Part shown: in pieces, positions 20,711 to 30,605 of the stretch
Layout: every line of letters starts with the position of its first letter
How positions within the stretch are numbered: position 1 is the first letter of the stretch
Assembly (NCBI GenBank): GCA_963768055.1
Contig: CAVYGN010000002.1
Location: 384,001-448,000 of the forward strand
DNA length: 64,000 nt
Origin: an uncultured Spirochaetota bacterium
Lineage (GTDB): Bacteria > Spirochaetota > Brevinematia > Brevinematales > JAOACQ01
Direction of reading: 5' to 3'
Notes under the pieces: generated by a model
Told to the model about the DNA's origin: nothing
The model's input: only the letters and a program-made list of their open reading frames with translations
The model's database searches: none
Translations under genes and position numbers: made by a program

Positions 20711-20823
20711 GGGCAGTTCTAATAACTAACATTGTTGATAACAATTAGCATTCTAATTGTTTATAATTTGCCCTATGGGCGCTTGTGCCCGAAGGGCTTG
20801 TCCGGGGGTTATTAGAAGCGACC
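20711..20823. mobile_element. MITE family A, copy 1 (113 bp)
   Basis: Ends GGGCAGTTCTAATAAC and GTTATTAGAAGCGACC; flanked on both sides by ATAA; core TGCCCTATGGGCGCTTGTGCCCGAAGGG matches the reverse complement of the 40085 copy. Confidence 0.85.
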
Positions 20824-20845
20824 ATAAATTAGTAACATAATTCTT

Positions 20846-20874
20846 ATGACATTTTTCTCTTCTCCATATATAAT
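20846..20874 (+). promoter_or_regulatory. sigma-70 promoter
   Basis: ATGACA-N17-TATAAT upstream of the GGAGG RBS of the response regulator. Confidence 0.6.
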
Positions 20875-20900
20875 ATAAAAACAAGCAAGGGAGGCTTTAC

Positions 20901-22262
20901 ATGGAAAAGCCCCTGGTCCTCGTAATCGACGATGAAAAAAATATAAGGGAAGCTCTGAAAAGCGGCTTGAAGATGGAAGGGTTTGAGGTTTACGCCTCTG
21001 AAGACGGAGCGGACGGGCTTGAAAAACTAAAAACAATAGGCGCCGACGCTGTTGTACTGGATTTAAAAATGCCAAGGCTCGGCGGCCTGGATTTCCTCAA
21101 ACAGGCCCACAACCTGGGCATAGAAGCCCCTATTCTTATATTGACAGGCCATGGAGGAGTTGACGAGGCTGTAGAAACGATGAAGAGAGGGGCTTACGAT
21201 TTTCTTACCAAGCCCGTCAATCTTGATAAATTATCCCTTCTCCTGAAGCGTTCCATTGAAGAAACCCGTTTGAAGAACAGGCGGGACCAGCTTGAGGAAA
21301 TGCTCGACGAAAGGTACAGCTTCCCTAATATTATAGGCACATCAAAGCCCTTTATGAAAGTCCTTCAGATCGTTAAACAGGTAGCTCCTACGGACGCTGC
21401 GGTACTTATTACAGGAGACAGCGGCACAGGAAAGGAAGTCATAGCTAACAGCATCCATTTGAACAGCAAACGCAGGGATGGCCCGTATATCAAGGTCCAC
21501 TGCGCGGCTCTCCCTGAGACTCTTCTTGAAAGCGAACTGTTCGGGCATGAAAAGGGAGCCTTTACCGGCGCAATCGCTAGGAAGAAGGGCAGATTCGAGC
21601 TTTCGGACGGCGGAACGATTTTTCTCGACGAGATAGGTGAAATTTCGCTTAATATGCAGGTCAAGCTCTTGAGGGTCCTCCAGGAACAGGAATTCGAAAG
21701 GGTCGGAGGCGAGGAAACTTTAAAGGTAAATATCAGGCTGATCACCGCAACGAATAAAAATTTAAAAAAATTGATGACGGAATCTAAATTCAGGGAAGAC
21801 CTTTATTACCGCCTAAACATAGTAAATATATACCTCCCTGCGCTTAAAGACAGGCATGGAGACGTGCCCCTTTTCTGCGATTATTTTGTCAAGTTTTATT
21901 CGCGCAAGCATAACAGGAATATACGCGGATTCAGTCCGAAAGCGCTCAGATACATGGAAAATTATACATGGCCGGGAAATGTCCGGGAACTCCAGAACCT
22001 GACAGAAAATCTTGTCGTACTATGCAATAACGATCTGATATCCGAGGAAATGCTTCCGGATTATATTACCGGCAGCGCAGCTCAGAAGAATCTGGTTATC
22101 GAGATAGGTTCCTCAATGGAGGAAATAGAGAAAAACGCCATAATGGCTACTCTTGACTTCACAGGCCGGAATAAATCCCGGGCGGCCAAGATCCTTAACA
22201 TAGGGAGGAAAACCCTTCTCCGCAAGCTTGAAGAATATGGGGAGGAAAAGACTACTGTTTGA
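20901..22262 (+). CDS. sigma-54-dependent response regulator (NtrC/Rrp2-like REC-AAA-HTH)
   Basis: REC (VIDDE, LDLKMP), GDSGTGKE, GAFTGA, FLDEIGE, WPGNVREL, Fis-type HTH. Confidence 0.95.
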   Translation: MEKPLVLVIDDEKNIREALKSGLKMEGFEVYASEDGADGLEKLKTIGADAVVLDLKMPRLGGLDFLKQAHNLGIEAPILILTGHGGVDEAVETMKRGAYDFLTKPVNLDKLSLLLKRSIEETRLKNRRDQLEEMLDERYSFPNIIGTSKPFMKVLQIVKQVAPTDAAVLITGDSGTGKEVIANSIHLNSKRRDGPYIKVHCAALPETLLESELFGHEKGAFTGAIARKKGRFELSDGGTIFLDEIGEISLNMQVKLLRVLQEQEFERVGGEETLKVNIRLITATNKNLKKLMTESKFREDLYYRLNIVNIYLPALKDRHGDVPLFCDYFVKFYSRKHNRNIRGFSPKALRYMENYTWPGNVRELQNLTENLVVLCNNDLISEEMLPDYITGSAAQKNLVIEIGSSMEEIEKNAIMATLDFTGRNKSRAAKILNIGRKTLLRKLEEYGEEKTTV

Positions 22263-22281
22263 TTTTTTTTAGGGGGAAAAT

Positions 22282-23469
22282 ATGGATCTCAGTAAAGATT
22301 TTATGACGGTAGAGATATACACTAATTTCCTGTATCCCGGGATGATCCTGAAAGGCGATGGTTTCGATGAAAATGAAAACAAGATCATCGAAAAGGAAGT
22401 GCCTATCCCGAGAAACCTCATAGTGGATTTAAAGAATAAAGGGGTGCTGAAAATACATTACACCAGGACAAAACTAAAGCTCAAAAAAAACCTGACGAAA
22501 TCGATGATTGCAGACCAGCATCTTGAAAAGGCGGTCTCCGTAATAGAAGATCTCCAGGGGCTCATAAAAAACGAGGGCACCAAAAGCCAGCTCCCTGCCC
22601 CGGAAATAGAGGAAGTTGTCGATAATTTTATCTCCGATATAAAGCAAAACAGCGACGCTTATCTTAACCTGCTTGACATTTACGATATGGACGATTATAC
22701 ATTCACGCATTCTGTAAACGTGTCCGCAATATCGATCCTCCTAGGCCTTTCACTTGGAATGGAGGGGGATAAGATCAAGATCCTGGGTATTTCAGGACTC
22801 CTGCATGATGTCGGCAAGACCCTGATATCGGAAAAGATAATCGAAAAAGCATCCTCGCTGACCGCAGACGAATGGAAGATCATGAAAAACCACCCCATTT
22901 TCGGTTACAATATCCTGCACGCTTCAAATTGCTTCGGGTCTCTTGTGGAAAATGCGGTCCTCTGCCACCACGAGAATTTCACCGGCGGCGGATACCCCCT
23001 TGGTATTACTAATGATAAGCAGAATCCCTATTGCCAGATAGTTTCGATCGCCGACGTGTTCGACGCGATGACAAGCAAGAGGCCATACAAAAAGCCAGTA
23101 CCGTTCCATGAGGCCTTTACTTATTTCATGGAGAATTCGGGCAAAAAGTTCAATCCGGCGTTCGCCCAGGTATTCATGAGGGATATGTCGAGGAAATTGA
23201 ATGAGGAACCGATTTATCCTGTAAATTCTTTTGTGCTTATCAATACAGGGGAAATCGCCTATGTCGTCGGCCACAGGGTAAGCCAGTATTCCCTGAGACC
23301 TATTGTCAACATTTTCCTGTCCCCCGGCATGAAAGAAAGGGGCATAGATAATCTGGCGAAACATCCCATACAGATCGATCTCGAGGGCGACTATACCCGC
23401 TTTATTGTAAAAAGGATTACGGATGAGGCTCAGATAGAAGCTTTCAACAGGATCATAAACAGCATTTAA
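22282..23469 (+). CDS. HD-GYP cyclic-di-GMP phosphodiesterase
   Basis: YTFTHSVNV, LLHDVGK, HHENFTGGGYP, IADVFDAMTSKRPYK. Confidence 0.92.
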   Translation: MDLSKDFMTVEIYTNFLYPGMILKGDGFDENENKIIEKEVPIPRNLIVDLKNKGVLKIHYTRTKLKLKKNLTKSMIADQHLEKAVSVIEDLQGLIKNEGTKSQLPAPEIEEVVDNFISDIKQNSDAYLNLLDIYDMDDYTFTHSVNVSAISILLGLSLGMEGDKIKILGISGLLHDVGKTLISEKIIEKASSLTADEWKIMKNHPIFGYNILHASNCFGSLVENAVLCHHENFTGGGYPLGITNDKQNPYCQIVSIADVFDAMTSKRPYKKPVPFHEAFTYFMENSGKKFNPAFAQVFMRDMSRKLNEEPIYPVNSFVLINTGEIAYVVGHRVSQYSLRPIVNIFLSPGMKERGIDNLAKHPIQIDLEGDYTRFIVKRITDEAQIEAFNRIINSI

Positions 23470-23479
23470 CGGATCGAAC

Positions 23480-24148
23480 ATGAAAACATTTATGCCGACA
23501 GAAAAACTTTTATTGATCCTCGATATCCTGAAAAGCGAATATCCCTCATGGCATGCTCCAATCGTTACATATATTAAAAATTCCCGCGGCACTGCATTTA
23601 AGATTCTCATATCGACCATCATCAGCCAGAGGACCAAGGATGAAACTACGGCGGGGGCGGTTTCGAGGCTTTTCTCCACCGCTAAAACACCAATCGAAAT
23701 GACCCGGCTTGATGAAGAAAAAATAAGAGGGCTCATCTACCCTGCAGGCTTTTACAAAGTAAAGGCCTCGAGGATCCTTGAAATTTCAAAAATACTTAAG
23801 GATCATTATAAATCAATTGTCCCGGACAGTATTGAAGAGCTGTTAAAGCTTCCGGGGGTGGGAAGAAAAACCGCAAATCTTGTCTTAACTCTCGGTTACG
23901 GCAAACCGGGTATATGTGTAGATACCCACGTTCACAGGATTTCTAACCGCTGGGGATATGTCAGGACAAAAAAACCGGATGAAACCGAGGCCGAATTGAG
24001 GAAAAAGCTTCCGGAGGAGTGGTGGATCCCCTATAACGATATACTTGTCGCATTCGGCCAGACATATTGCAGGCCTATCTCGCCATTATGCTCCAGGTGT
24101 CCGGTTGAAAAATACTGCCCCCGCATCGGAGTTGCAAAACACCGCTAA
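23480..24148 (+). CDS. nth: endonuclease III
   Basis: HhH LPGVGRKTANL, VDTHVHRISNR, C-terminal 4Fe-4S CRPISPLCSRCPVEKYC. Confidence 0.95.
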   Translation: MKTFMPTEKLLLILDILKSEYPSWHAPIVTYIKNSRGTAFKILISTIISQRTKDETTAGAVSRLFSTAKTPIEMTRLDEEKIRGLIYPAGFYKVKASRILEISKILKDHYKSIVPDSIEELLKLPGVGRKTANLVLTLGYGKPGICVDTHVHRISNRWGYVRTKKPDETEAELRKKLPEEWWIPYNDILVAFGQTYCRPISPLCSRCPVEKYCPRIGVAKHR

Positions 24149-24165
24149 ACACTTGTACCCTACAT

Positions 24166-26982
24166 TCATCCTAAGTCAAGTAAATCTCTCAAATTATCCC
24201 AGGTCATACGGGAAATATATGAATTGCTGGGAGTAACAATGCTGTCGAATATGTCCTTTTTGTGAAACTGCAGTTTCCTGATCTTTTCTTCTATGGTACC
24301 CATAGTCAGCAGGCGGTAAACATTTACTGTTTTTGTCTGTCCCATCCGGTGGACACGGTCAACTGCCTGGCTTTCCACCGCCGGGTTCCACCACGGATCG
24401 AAAATAATCACTGAATCGGCTCCGACAATATTGAGGCCCGTACCCCCGGCTTTAAGCGAGATCAAAAATACCGGTATATCCGAAGCGTTGAAATGTTCGA
24501 CAAGCGCGAACCTGTTCTTCGTCTGGCCGTCGAGGTAGGAGTATTCAACATCCTCATTCTTCAGTTCCAGCCTGATGATTTTAAGCATTTCCACGAACTG
24601 GCTGAAAACAACAACCCTGTGCCCGCTGTCGATCGATTCATAAACAAGTTCCATAAGCGCCTTCAGCTTGATTGAAATATCGCTGACATCGCTAAGATCG
24701 GGCAGGAGAAGGGCCGGATGAAGGCAGATCTGACGCAGTCTTGTTATTGCCGCCAGGATGTCAATCGTTTTCCTTTCCGGGTTGTCGAAGCCTTTAAGCG
24801 AAGCATAGTTTTTTTTAACATCGGACAGGGTTTCAATGTAAAGCGCCTTCTGTTTTTCAGTAAGTTCAAGGTAAAGTTCCTGTTCGATTTTTTCCGGAAG
24901 TTCCTTTTGAACGGCGCTTTTCGTCCGCCGGAGCATAAAGGGCCTGACAAGGGAATTAAGCTTTTTAAGGGCCGGCATACTTTCCGACTGGTTCGGGCTT
25001 GCTATCGGATCGAGGAACTTTTTCTTGAAATGCGAATGACTGCCGAGAAATCCCGGCATAAGAAAATCAAAAATTGACCAGAATTCAGATATTGAATTTT
25101 CAATCGGAGTTCCTGTCAGCGCGAGCCTGTACTTTGCCTTGATATTTTTTATGGAAAGCGTCCTCTTCGCCTTTTTATTCTTTATATGCTGGGCTTCGTC
25201 CAGAACACAGTAATAAAAAGACTTACCGCTGTATTCGACACTGTCGGCATGGAGAAGCGGGTAAGAAGTGATTATCACATCGTACTTATCCAGGGCATCT
25301 ATTTTTTCAATCCTTTCTTTTTTAGACCCGTCGACAACCATGTAAGAAAGCCCTTCGCCCATAAATTTTCTTATCTCGTTGACCCAATTATATAAAAGGG
25401 CAGTGGGGCAAATTATTATCGAAGTACCTCTTCCGGGAGAGTCCTTGACCGCAAGAAAAAAAGAAAGGACCTGAACGGTTTTACCGAGCCCCATTTCATC
25501 GGCAAGAATTCCGCTGAAACCCGTCCTGTTCAGAAAAGCTATCCAGTAGACGCCGGTTTTCTGGTACGATCTTAAAACTCCGCTAGGCGGGTCGGGAATG
25601 GGTATTTTTTTCAGGACTTTTTTTTCCTGACTGGAAAACTCTGAAAATTCCCGGATTCCCGGCAGTGCCGGGTCTATATTGAGGGCCAGGTCATCTTCAA
25701 ACAAATAAGCAATTTCATAGGGACTTGCAAAAAAGCCTTTATCCTTGTCCTCTTTAATGTCTTCAAGGAGCCTTCTGAGATTTTCGACCTCTTCAGCTTT
25801 GGGGACTATAATCGCGCCTTCTTTCTCAAGATAACCCTTCCCGGCGATTAGAGAAAGTTCCGAGAGGGTTAAGACAATATCCTCTATCCTGTAATGGAAA
25901 CTGACTTCGAGCCAGTCGGTCCTTTCATGGATATCGGCGCTTTTCGAGTCGAAACCGCCGGCTAAAAATTTCATCCGTCCCGAGGGTCCCCATAATTCGG
26001 CATCCGGTAAAACCGAAGGCAAAAATTTTCTGAAAAGCGTTTCGCTGTCATAGGTTGTGATTTCATTATTTTTGAATTCGTTTAAAAGCTCAAAAAAAGA
26101 GTTCCGGAGCGATTCATTGATTTTTTGTATTTTCTCATAAATTGAACTTCCGGCCCGCACAATGATCACCCTGTTTTTTCCGGCGGGAAAAAGTATATCC
26201 TCCTGCATAAGTGCGCTTTTCCTGAGTTCGTTGAAAGAAAGGGGAATTTCCCTCTCAGACCCTCCCTCCCCGAAAGACAGATAAGCGCCCAGTTTATATT
26301 CATCCTGAGGATTATGCGTGTACCGTAAAACGATTTTCTCATTTTTGGCCTCAATGACTTTGGGCAGTTTGAAATGCCCGTCAATAAAGGCGTTTTCGCC
26401 AGGGTTTAAAAGTCTTTTTTTAAGGTTGTATTCGGCGCGAACGCTTCCTGAAATGAAAAGCTCCCTTAATGTATCCCTGCTGAGCATGAAAAGCACCGGG
26501 TAGAGCCTTTTTTTGTCAATGATATAATTCTCAAAAGTGGTCTCGATGAGGAATTGGCCCCGCATGCCCTCAAGCTTTAAGTTCTCGAAAGATTCGTCGA
26601 AACCGAGTTCCAGGGGCCTGTACCCTGCTTCCATTTTAAGTGAAAATCTTTCTTTTTCAAGAGAAAAAACACACCCGGCAGCAAGAAGTTCCCTGAAAAA
26701 AAGAGTATCGACAGGCGTGTTGATCGTCAATTCCCTGCTCTGCCTGTCTGAAACATTGTATGAATACGTTTTGAAAAGGAGTATAAAATTCCTGGTCTCT
26801 ACGGGAAGGGACGCGAAATCCTCGATAATATCGAACCCGAAATATTCCCCCTCCAGGTTAATTAAAAGCAGCCTCTCTGACAATGCGTCCCGGGGGTCCA
26901 CCCTGACTGTCAACCGGGTAATAAGAGATCCTTCGCTGTATAGTTTCGCCGTTATGTCCAGCCCGGTCAATCGAGACTTCAT
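24166..26982 (-). CDS. SNF2/SWI2-family helicase
   Basis: LADEMGLGKT, LDEAQHIKN, TGTPIEN, VFSQF, SLKAGGTGLN, QAVDRVHRMGQ. Confidence 0.95.
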   Translation of the reverse strand: MKSRLTGLDITAKLYSEGSLITRLTVRVDPRDALSERLLLINLEGEYFGFDIIEDFASLPVETRNFILLFKTYSYNVSDRQSRELTINTPVDTLFFRELLAAGCVFSLEKERFSLKMEAGYRPLELGFDESFENLKLEGMRGQFLIETTFENYIIDKKRLYPVLFMLSRDTLRELFISGSVRAEYNLKKRLLNPGENAFIDGHFKLPKVIEAKNEKIVLRYTHNPQDEYKLGAYLSFGEGGSEREIPLSFNELRKSALMQEDILFPAGKNRVIIVRAGSSIYEKIQKINESLRNSFFELLNEFKNNEITTYDSETLFRKFLPSVLPDAELWGPSGRMKFLAGGFDSKSADIHERTDWLEVSFHYRIEDIVLTLSELSLIAGKGYLEKEGAIIVPKAEEVENLRRLLEDIKEDKDKGFFASPYEIAYLFEDDLALNIDPALPGIREFSEFSSQEKKVLKKIPIPDPPSGVLRSYQKTGVYWIAFLNRTGFSGILADEMGLGKTVQVLSFFLAVKDSPGRGTSIIICPTALLYNWVNEIRKFMGEGLSYMVVDGSKKERIEKIDALDKYDVIITSYPLLHADSVEYSGKSFYYCVLDEAQHIKNKKAKRTLSIKNIKAKYRLALTGTPIENSISEFWSIFDFLMPGFLGSHSHFKKKFLDPIASPNQSESMPALKKLNSLVRPFMLRRTKSAVQKELPEKIEQELYLELTEKQKALYIETLSDVKKNYASLKGFDNPERKTIDILAAITRLRQICLHPALLLPDLSDVSDISIKLKALMELVYESIDSGHRVVVFSQFVEMLKIIRLELKNEDVEYSYLDGQTKNRFALVEHFNASDIPVFLISLKAGGTGLNIVGADSVIIFDPWWNPAVESQAVDRVHRMGQTKTVNVYRLLTMGTIEEKIRKLQFHKKDIFDSIVTPSNSYISRMTWDNLRDLLDLG

Positions 26983-27046
26983 TAACTGTCCTCCTTAACT
27001 TTATTATAATGGAAAAAGGGGAAAACGAAAAGAATCGAGATGGGAA

Positions 27047-27097
27047 TTCACAGGGAGGCACAGCGGAGAGCGGGCAGTCCTTCGTGTGCCTTAGCGG
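27047..27097. repeat. degenerate palindromic repeat (family C-like)
   Basis: TTCACAGGGAGGCACAG..TGTGCCTTAGCGG with an AGGCACA/TGTGCCT inverted repeat; loosely resembles the ACCGCAGAG/CACAGAG repeats at 52.5-55.0 kb. Confidence 0.35.
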
Positions 27098-27102
27098 CCC
27101 CC

Positions 27103-27993
27103 CTACGCATGGGGATGGAATTCATCGTAATCCTTTTTTAGTTTATCGATAGTCAGGTGGGTGTAAACCTGGGTTGTGGAAAGGCTTTCATGGCCGAGCA
27201 TTTCCTGGATGACGCGGATCCCGGCCCCGTTCTGAAGGAGGTGGGTGGCGAAGGTATGCCGCAGCGTATGGGGCGAGACATGCTTCTGGATCGAGAGTTC
27301 GCCGATATAGCGGTTTATGATATAGCGCACCATCCTGTCCTGCAGCCTTTTCCCGCTCTTGGTCAGGAAAAGCGCGCCGGTATCCCCCGTAGCGGGGGCA
27401 AGTTCCCTCCTGCAGGCGAGGTATTTTTTCATCATCAGCAGGGCCTGTTGTCCCGTCGGGACTACCCGCTGCTTATTGCCCTTCCCGGTGACCAGGAGTA
27501 CGCCCTCCCCGAAATCGATTTCCCCCAGGTTCAGGCCCGTGAGTTCGGAAACGCGCAGGCCGCTGGCGTATAAAAGCATTACTACGGTCTTATTCCTTAT
27601 CGAGAGGGCGCCGGATTCCGGGATGCTGGCTATGAGGTCCGACATTTCGGATTTCTCGAGAACCGCCGGAAGCCTCTTGTCTTTTTTCGGGGAGGAAATA
27701 AGGGCCGCGGGGTTCGTTATGACCGCGTCCGTCCTGACAAGATATTTAAAGAGAGACTTAAGCGACGCGATCTTCCGCTCAATCGAAGCCGGTTTGAGGC
27801 CGCTTTTCCCCAGGCCCGATATATAGATATGAAGAAGCTTATAGGTTATCTTGCCGGCTTCTGAAATCGATTGCCCGGCCAGGAACGAAAGGAATTCCTC
27901 GAGGTCTTTTTTGTACGATATTATAGTATTCCCGGAACAGCCCTTTTCATAGCGCAGGTAAGTCAGGAAACTATCGATATTCTTATCTATCAT
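27103..27993 (-). CDS. xerC: tyrosine recombinase XerC
   Basis: LYASGLRVSEL, GKGNKQR, HTLRHTFATHLL, LGHESLSTTQVYTH, C-terminal HPHA. Confidence 0.88.
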   Translation of the reverse strand: MIDKNIDSFLTYLRYEKGCSGNTIISYKKDLEEFLSFLAGQSISEAGKITYKLLHIYISGLGKSGLKPASIERKIASLKSLFKYLVRTDAVITNPAALISSPKKDKRLPAVLEKSEMSDLIASIPESGALSIRNKTVVMLLYASGLRVSELTGLNLGEIDFGEGVLLVTGKGNKQRVVPTGQQALLMMKKYLACRRELAPATGDTGALFLTKSGKRLQDRMVRYIINRYIGELSIQKHVSPHTLRHTFATHLLQNGAGIRVIQEMLGHESLSTTQVYTHLTIDKLKKDYDEFHPHA

Positions 27994-27995
27994 TG

Positions 27996-29219
27996 TTAAA
28001 GGAAATCAACCCTGTAAATAATGCCGATGCTGAAAAACAGGTCCTCGAAAGAGGAGGTCTGACCGCCGCCGGAGTAATATATTTCATAATAGTGCCCTAT
28101 ATCGTAGGTAAATCTTGCCGACAATCCGATATCCCCGAAGAAATAAGTCGCCCCGATTATCAGGGGGGGAAAATCATAAGTTATGTACCGGCTGTTATTG
28201 GTAGTGTAGAGCTGGTTGGTCTTTTCAAACCAGGGGCAAAACTGCAAAGATAATTCGAGGTTATGGTTCGGATTCCAGATAACTACGAACGACATTGGAA
28301 AAGCCGTATAACCGGTCGAAGAGTACATCGAACTATTCCCGTTATTTCCGTAGTCGCCATTTGTCCCGACGTACTCGCTCTGTACATAAATCCCGAAACC
28401 AATAGCGAAGGCCCCTTCCCACCATGGGAGATAATAGGAACCGGTCAAAGAAACATAGCCGGGTATATCCACAGAACCGAAGTTTCTCATGTACCAGTCG
28501 TAATACGGCAGGCCGGGCAGCCCGTTCATGTTGAAATCGAGCCGTATGTCCCAGTAGCGCAGGACGACCCCGATTTCCATTGAAGTTATGGGCCATTGAC
28601 CGTTATAACTGTTTGTATTATTTTGATCCTCACTTAAAATAAAGTTTTTGCTGCCTAAATCGGTGACAAAGCCGAACCGCGTATACATTTGCCTTTTAAT
28701 ATTTACCTTCTCGGTTTCATAAAGGGTTTCGCGGATCTTTTTGACCCTCGCCTCGCTTTCCGCGGTCATCTCCGGCAGGACCTCTTTAATCTTTCTTACT
28801 ATATCGGAGGCCATTGCGTCTATAGTGTCGAATATATCCGCGGTGACCGTACCGGTGTAAACCCGGCGCATTTTAAGCCTGTTCTCAAGGACGTCGAAAA
28901 CAACGGCGGTGACGAAAAGCCTGTCGTTTTCAACATAATAACTGCCGTAAACTATCACATCTGCTTTTGCATCATGGCCGATCGATACAGCATTGCTGTA
29001 TTCGGCTACGGTGTTGGTCGACAGACCTGGCGACACCCTGAAATTATCCTGCTTGCCAAGCTCCGAAGAAATCGTTTTCTGCAGAATGAGCTCTATATTC
29101 CTGTTGGGGTTCTTGGACTCGTTTTCCCATGCAGCGACGAAAATGTTCCACTTTTCTGCGGGAAAAGCCTTTGCGGTGCATAGCATCAATAAAACTATTA
29201 TAAAACATCTAAAATTCAT
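27996..29219 (-). CDS. exported protein: TolB-N/CsgG-like domain plus probable beta-barrel
   Basis: Signal peptide (start 29219); ADVIVYGSY motif; aromatic-rich C-terminal half ending IIYRVDFL. Confidence 0.6.
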   Translation of the reverse strand: MNFRCFIIVLLMLCTAKAFPAEKWNIFVAAWENESKNPNRNIELILQKTISSELGKQDNFRVSPGLSTNTVAEYSNAVSIGHDAKADVIVYGSYYVENDRLFVTAVVFDVLENRLKMRRVYTGTVTADIFDTIDAMASDIVRKIKEVLPEMTAESEARVKKIRETLYETEKVNIKRQMYTRFGFVTDLGSKNFILSEDQNNTNSYNGQWPITSMEIGVVLRYWDIRLDFNMNGLPGLPYYDWYMRNFGSVDIPGYVSLTGSYYLPWWEGAFAIGFGIYVQSEYVGTNGDYGNNGNSSMYSSTGYTAFPMSFVVIWNPNHNLELSLQFCPWFEKTNQLYTTNNSRYITYDFPPLIIGATYFFGDIGLSARFTYDIGHYYEIYYSGGGQTSSFEDLFFSIGIIYRVDFL

Positions 29220-30411
29220 ATTCGAACCCCAGGCCCAGCTGGACAATAGTATATCTAAAAGAGCTGAAATTCATCCCGTTTGTCAACTGATAATTATCTG
29301 AAGTCCCCACTGCATACCTCATATAGTCAAGGCTTATCCTGAATCTCGGCACGACCTCGAAATTAAATAGAATATCAATGTAAGGCGGACCGGCCGAATC
29401 GCTGAAATTACTGTTATAATTCGAAATGCCCTGCTGATTGAAATTCAAGGTCCCGTTTCCCGGGGTTGGCAGCCCCGAGGCAAACCGTATATAATAAGAC
29501 TTGGTAATATTGAATTGTAAAACCGGGCATAATGTAAAATTCTGGATATCGCCCGAAGGAAAATTTAAATCCGTACCGGCCATTAATCCGCCGGAAGTGA
29601 AATGGGTATTGAAATAATCAAATTCCAGTCCCAGGATGATGAGGCTGCCGAATATTCCGTAACCCGCCCCGGCATTAAGGCATGACGTATAGCCGAAACC
29701 CCCTGTGGTCAAGATGCCGCCCCCAAGCCAGGCGTTCCAGGCGTACCAGCTCAAAATCCCCTCGGCCCGGACCGACGGCCCTCCGCCGGCCAGGTTGGTG
29801 CCGACGTTGAGCCCTCCGCCTCCGCCGTTAGAGGAGTTACCCTGCTGCTGGTAAGATAATTGCGAGTTTAACTCTGTGAAACCGGGGGTCAGGCGGACGC
29901 TTATCGACGGGTTGGTGGATTCAAATTCGCTCACCCTTACCTTGACTAATTCGACGGTTTTGAGCTCCTCTTTTTTCATCATCGGGTAATCCGCTTTCAG
30001 TATATCGAGCATTTTCCGGGCTGCAGGCTGGATCGATGCAATTACGTCCCTTCTTCCGAACTCTATGCTGTTATCGAGTAGTTCCAATTTTTCGCCGGTT
30101 TTTTCGCCTGTTTTGTAAAGCCCCACCCTGTAATTCAATCCGTTCGTATCGATTATTATAATCACACTTGCGTTGATCGAATTTACCGAAAGGGTTTCAA
30201 GGTCGGATTTGTCTCCGGAAAACAGCTGTATATTGGAATCGCTGTCGGCCAGTGAGAGCAATGTCTCCCGAAGAATTTTGCATATGCCCGCGTATTCCCC
30301 CTTTTTATCGAAAGAAACACCTATCTTCTGGGCGTAATAATCATTGTCGGCAAAGGCAGGGACAATTACGGCAACCAAAAATACGGCTGCTGAAATAAAT
30401 TTTAAAATCAC
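29209..30411 (-). CDS. probable outer-membrane beta-barrel protein
   Basis: Signal peptide AFA-D; alternating aromatic/Gly strands; C-terminal LGLGFEYEF. Confidence 0.6.
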   Translation of the reverse strand: MILKFISAAVFLVAVIVPAFADNDYYAQKIGVSFDKKGEYAGICKILRETLLSLADSDSNIQLFSGDKSDLETLSVNSINASVIIIIDTNGLNYRVGLYKTGEKTGEKLELLDNSIEFGRRDVIASIQPAARKMLDILKADYPMMKKEELKTVELVKVRVSEFESTNPSISVRLTPGFTELNSQLSYQQQGNSSNGGGGGLNVGTNLAGGGPSVRAEGILSWYAWNAWLGGGILTTGGFGYTSCLNAGAGYGIFGSLIILGLEFDYFNTHFTSGGLMAGTDLNFPSGDIQNFTLCPVLQFNITKSYYIRFASGLPTPGNGTLNFNQQGISNYNSNFSDSAGPPYIDILFNFEVVPRFRISLDYMRYAVGTSDNYQLTNGMNFSSFRYTIVQLGLGFEYEF

Positions 30412-30505
30412 AGGACCCCCTCCCGGATTTTTATAACATGTTAATTAATGGTAATATTATTGCAAGTATTTTTTCATATTTATTTGTATATAAAAATCAC
30501 ATCAT

Positions 30506-30542
30506 ACAGCCCCTTTTAGGGGCTGTTATCCTCGAAATGACA
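30506..30542. repeat. palindromic repeat family B, partial copy (right half)
   Basis: Hairpin ACAGCCCCT-ttt-AGGGGCTGT followed by TCCTCGAAATGACA, matching the right end of the 38038 copy. Confidence 0.7.
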
Positions 30543-30605
30543 CTTCCAGCTAACCATTCCAGAAAATATTCCGAAAATTAAAAAGAATAAAAACGGAGGG
30601 AATCA

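Noticed and set aside
22924..23736. 270-aa minus-strand ORF and the many other overlapping short ORFs in the track
   Set aside because: They are antisense or out-of-frame shadows of well-supported genes (HD-GYP/nth etc.) with no recognisable motifs.
24166..27993. SNF2 + tyrosine recombinase as a defence island or as the integrase of the relaxase module
   Set aside because: The recombinase has housekeeping XerC hallmarks and lies over 20 kb from the module. The SNF2 has no adjacent methylase or nuclease.
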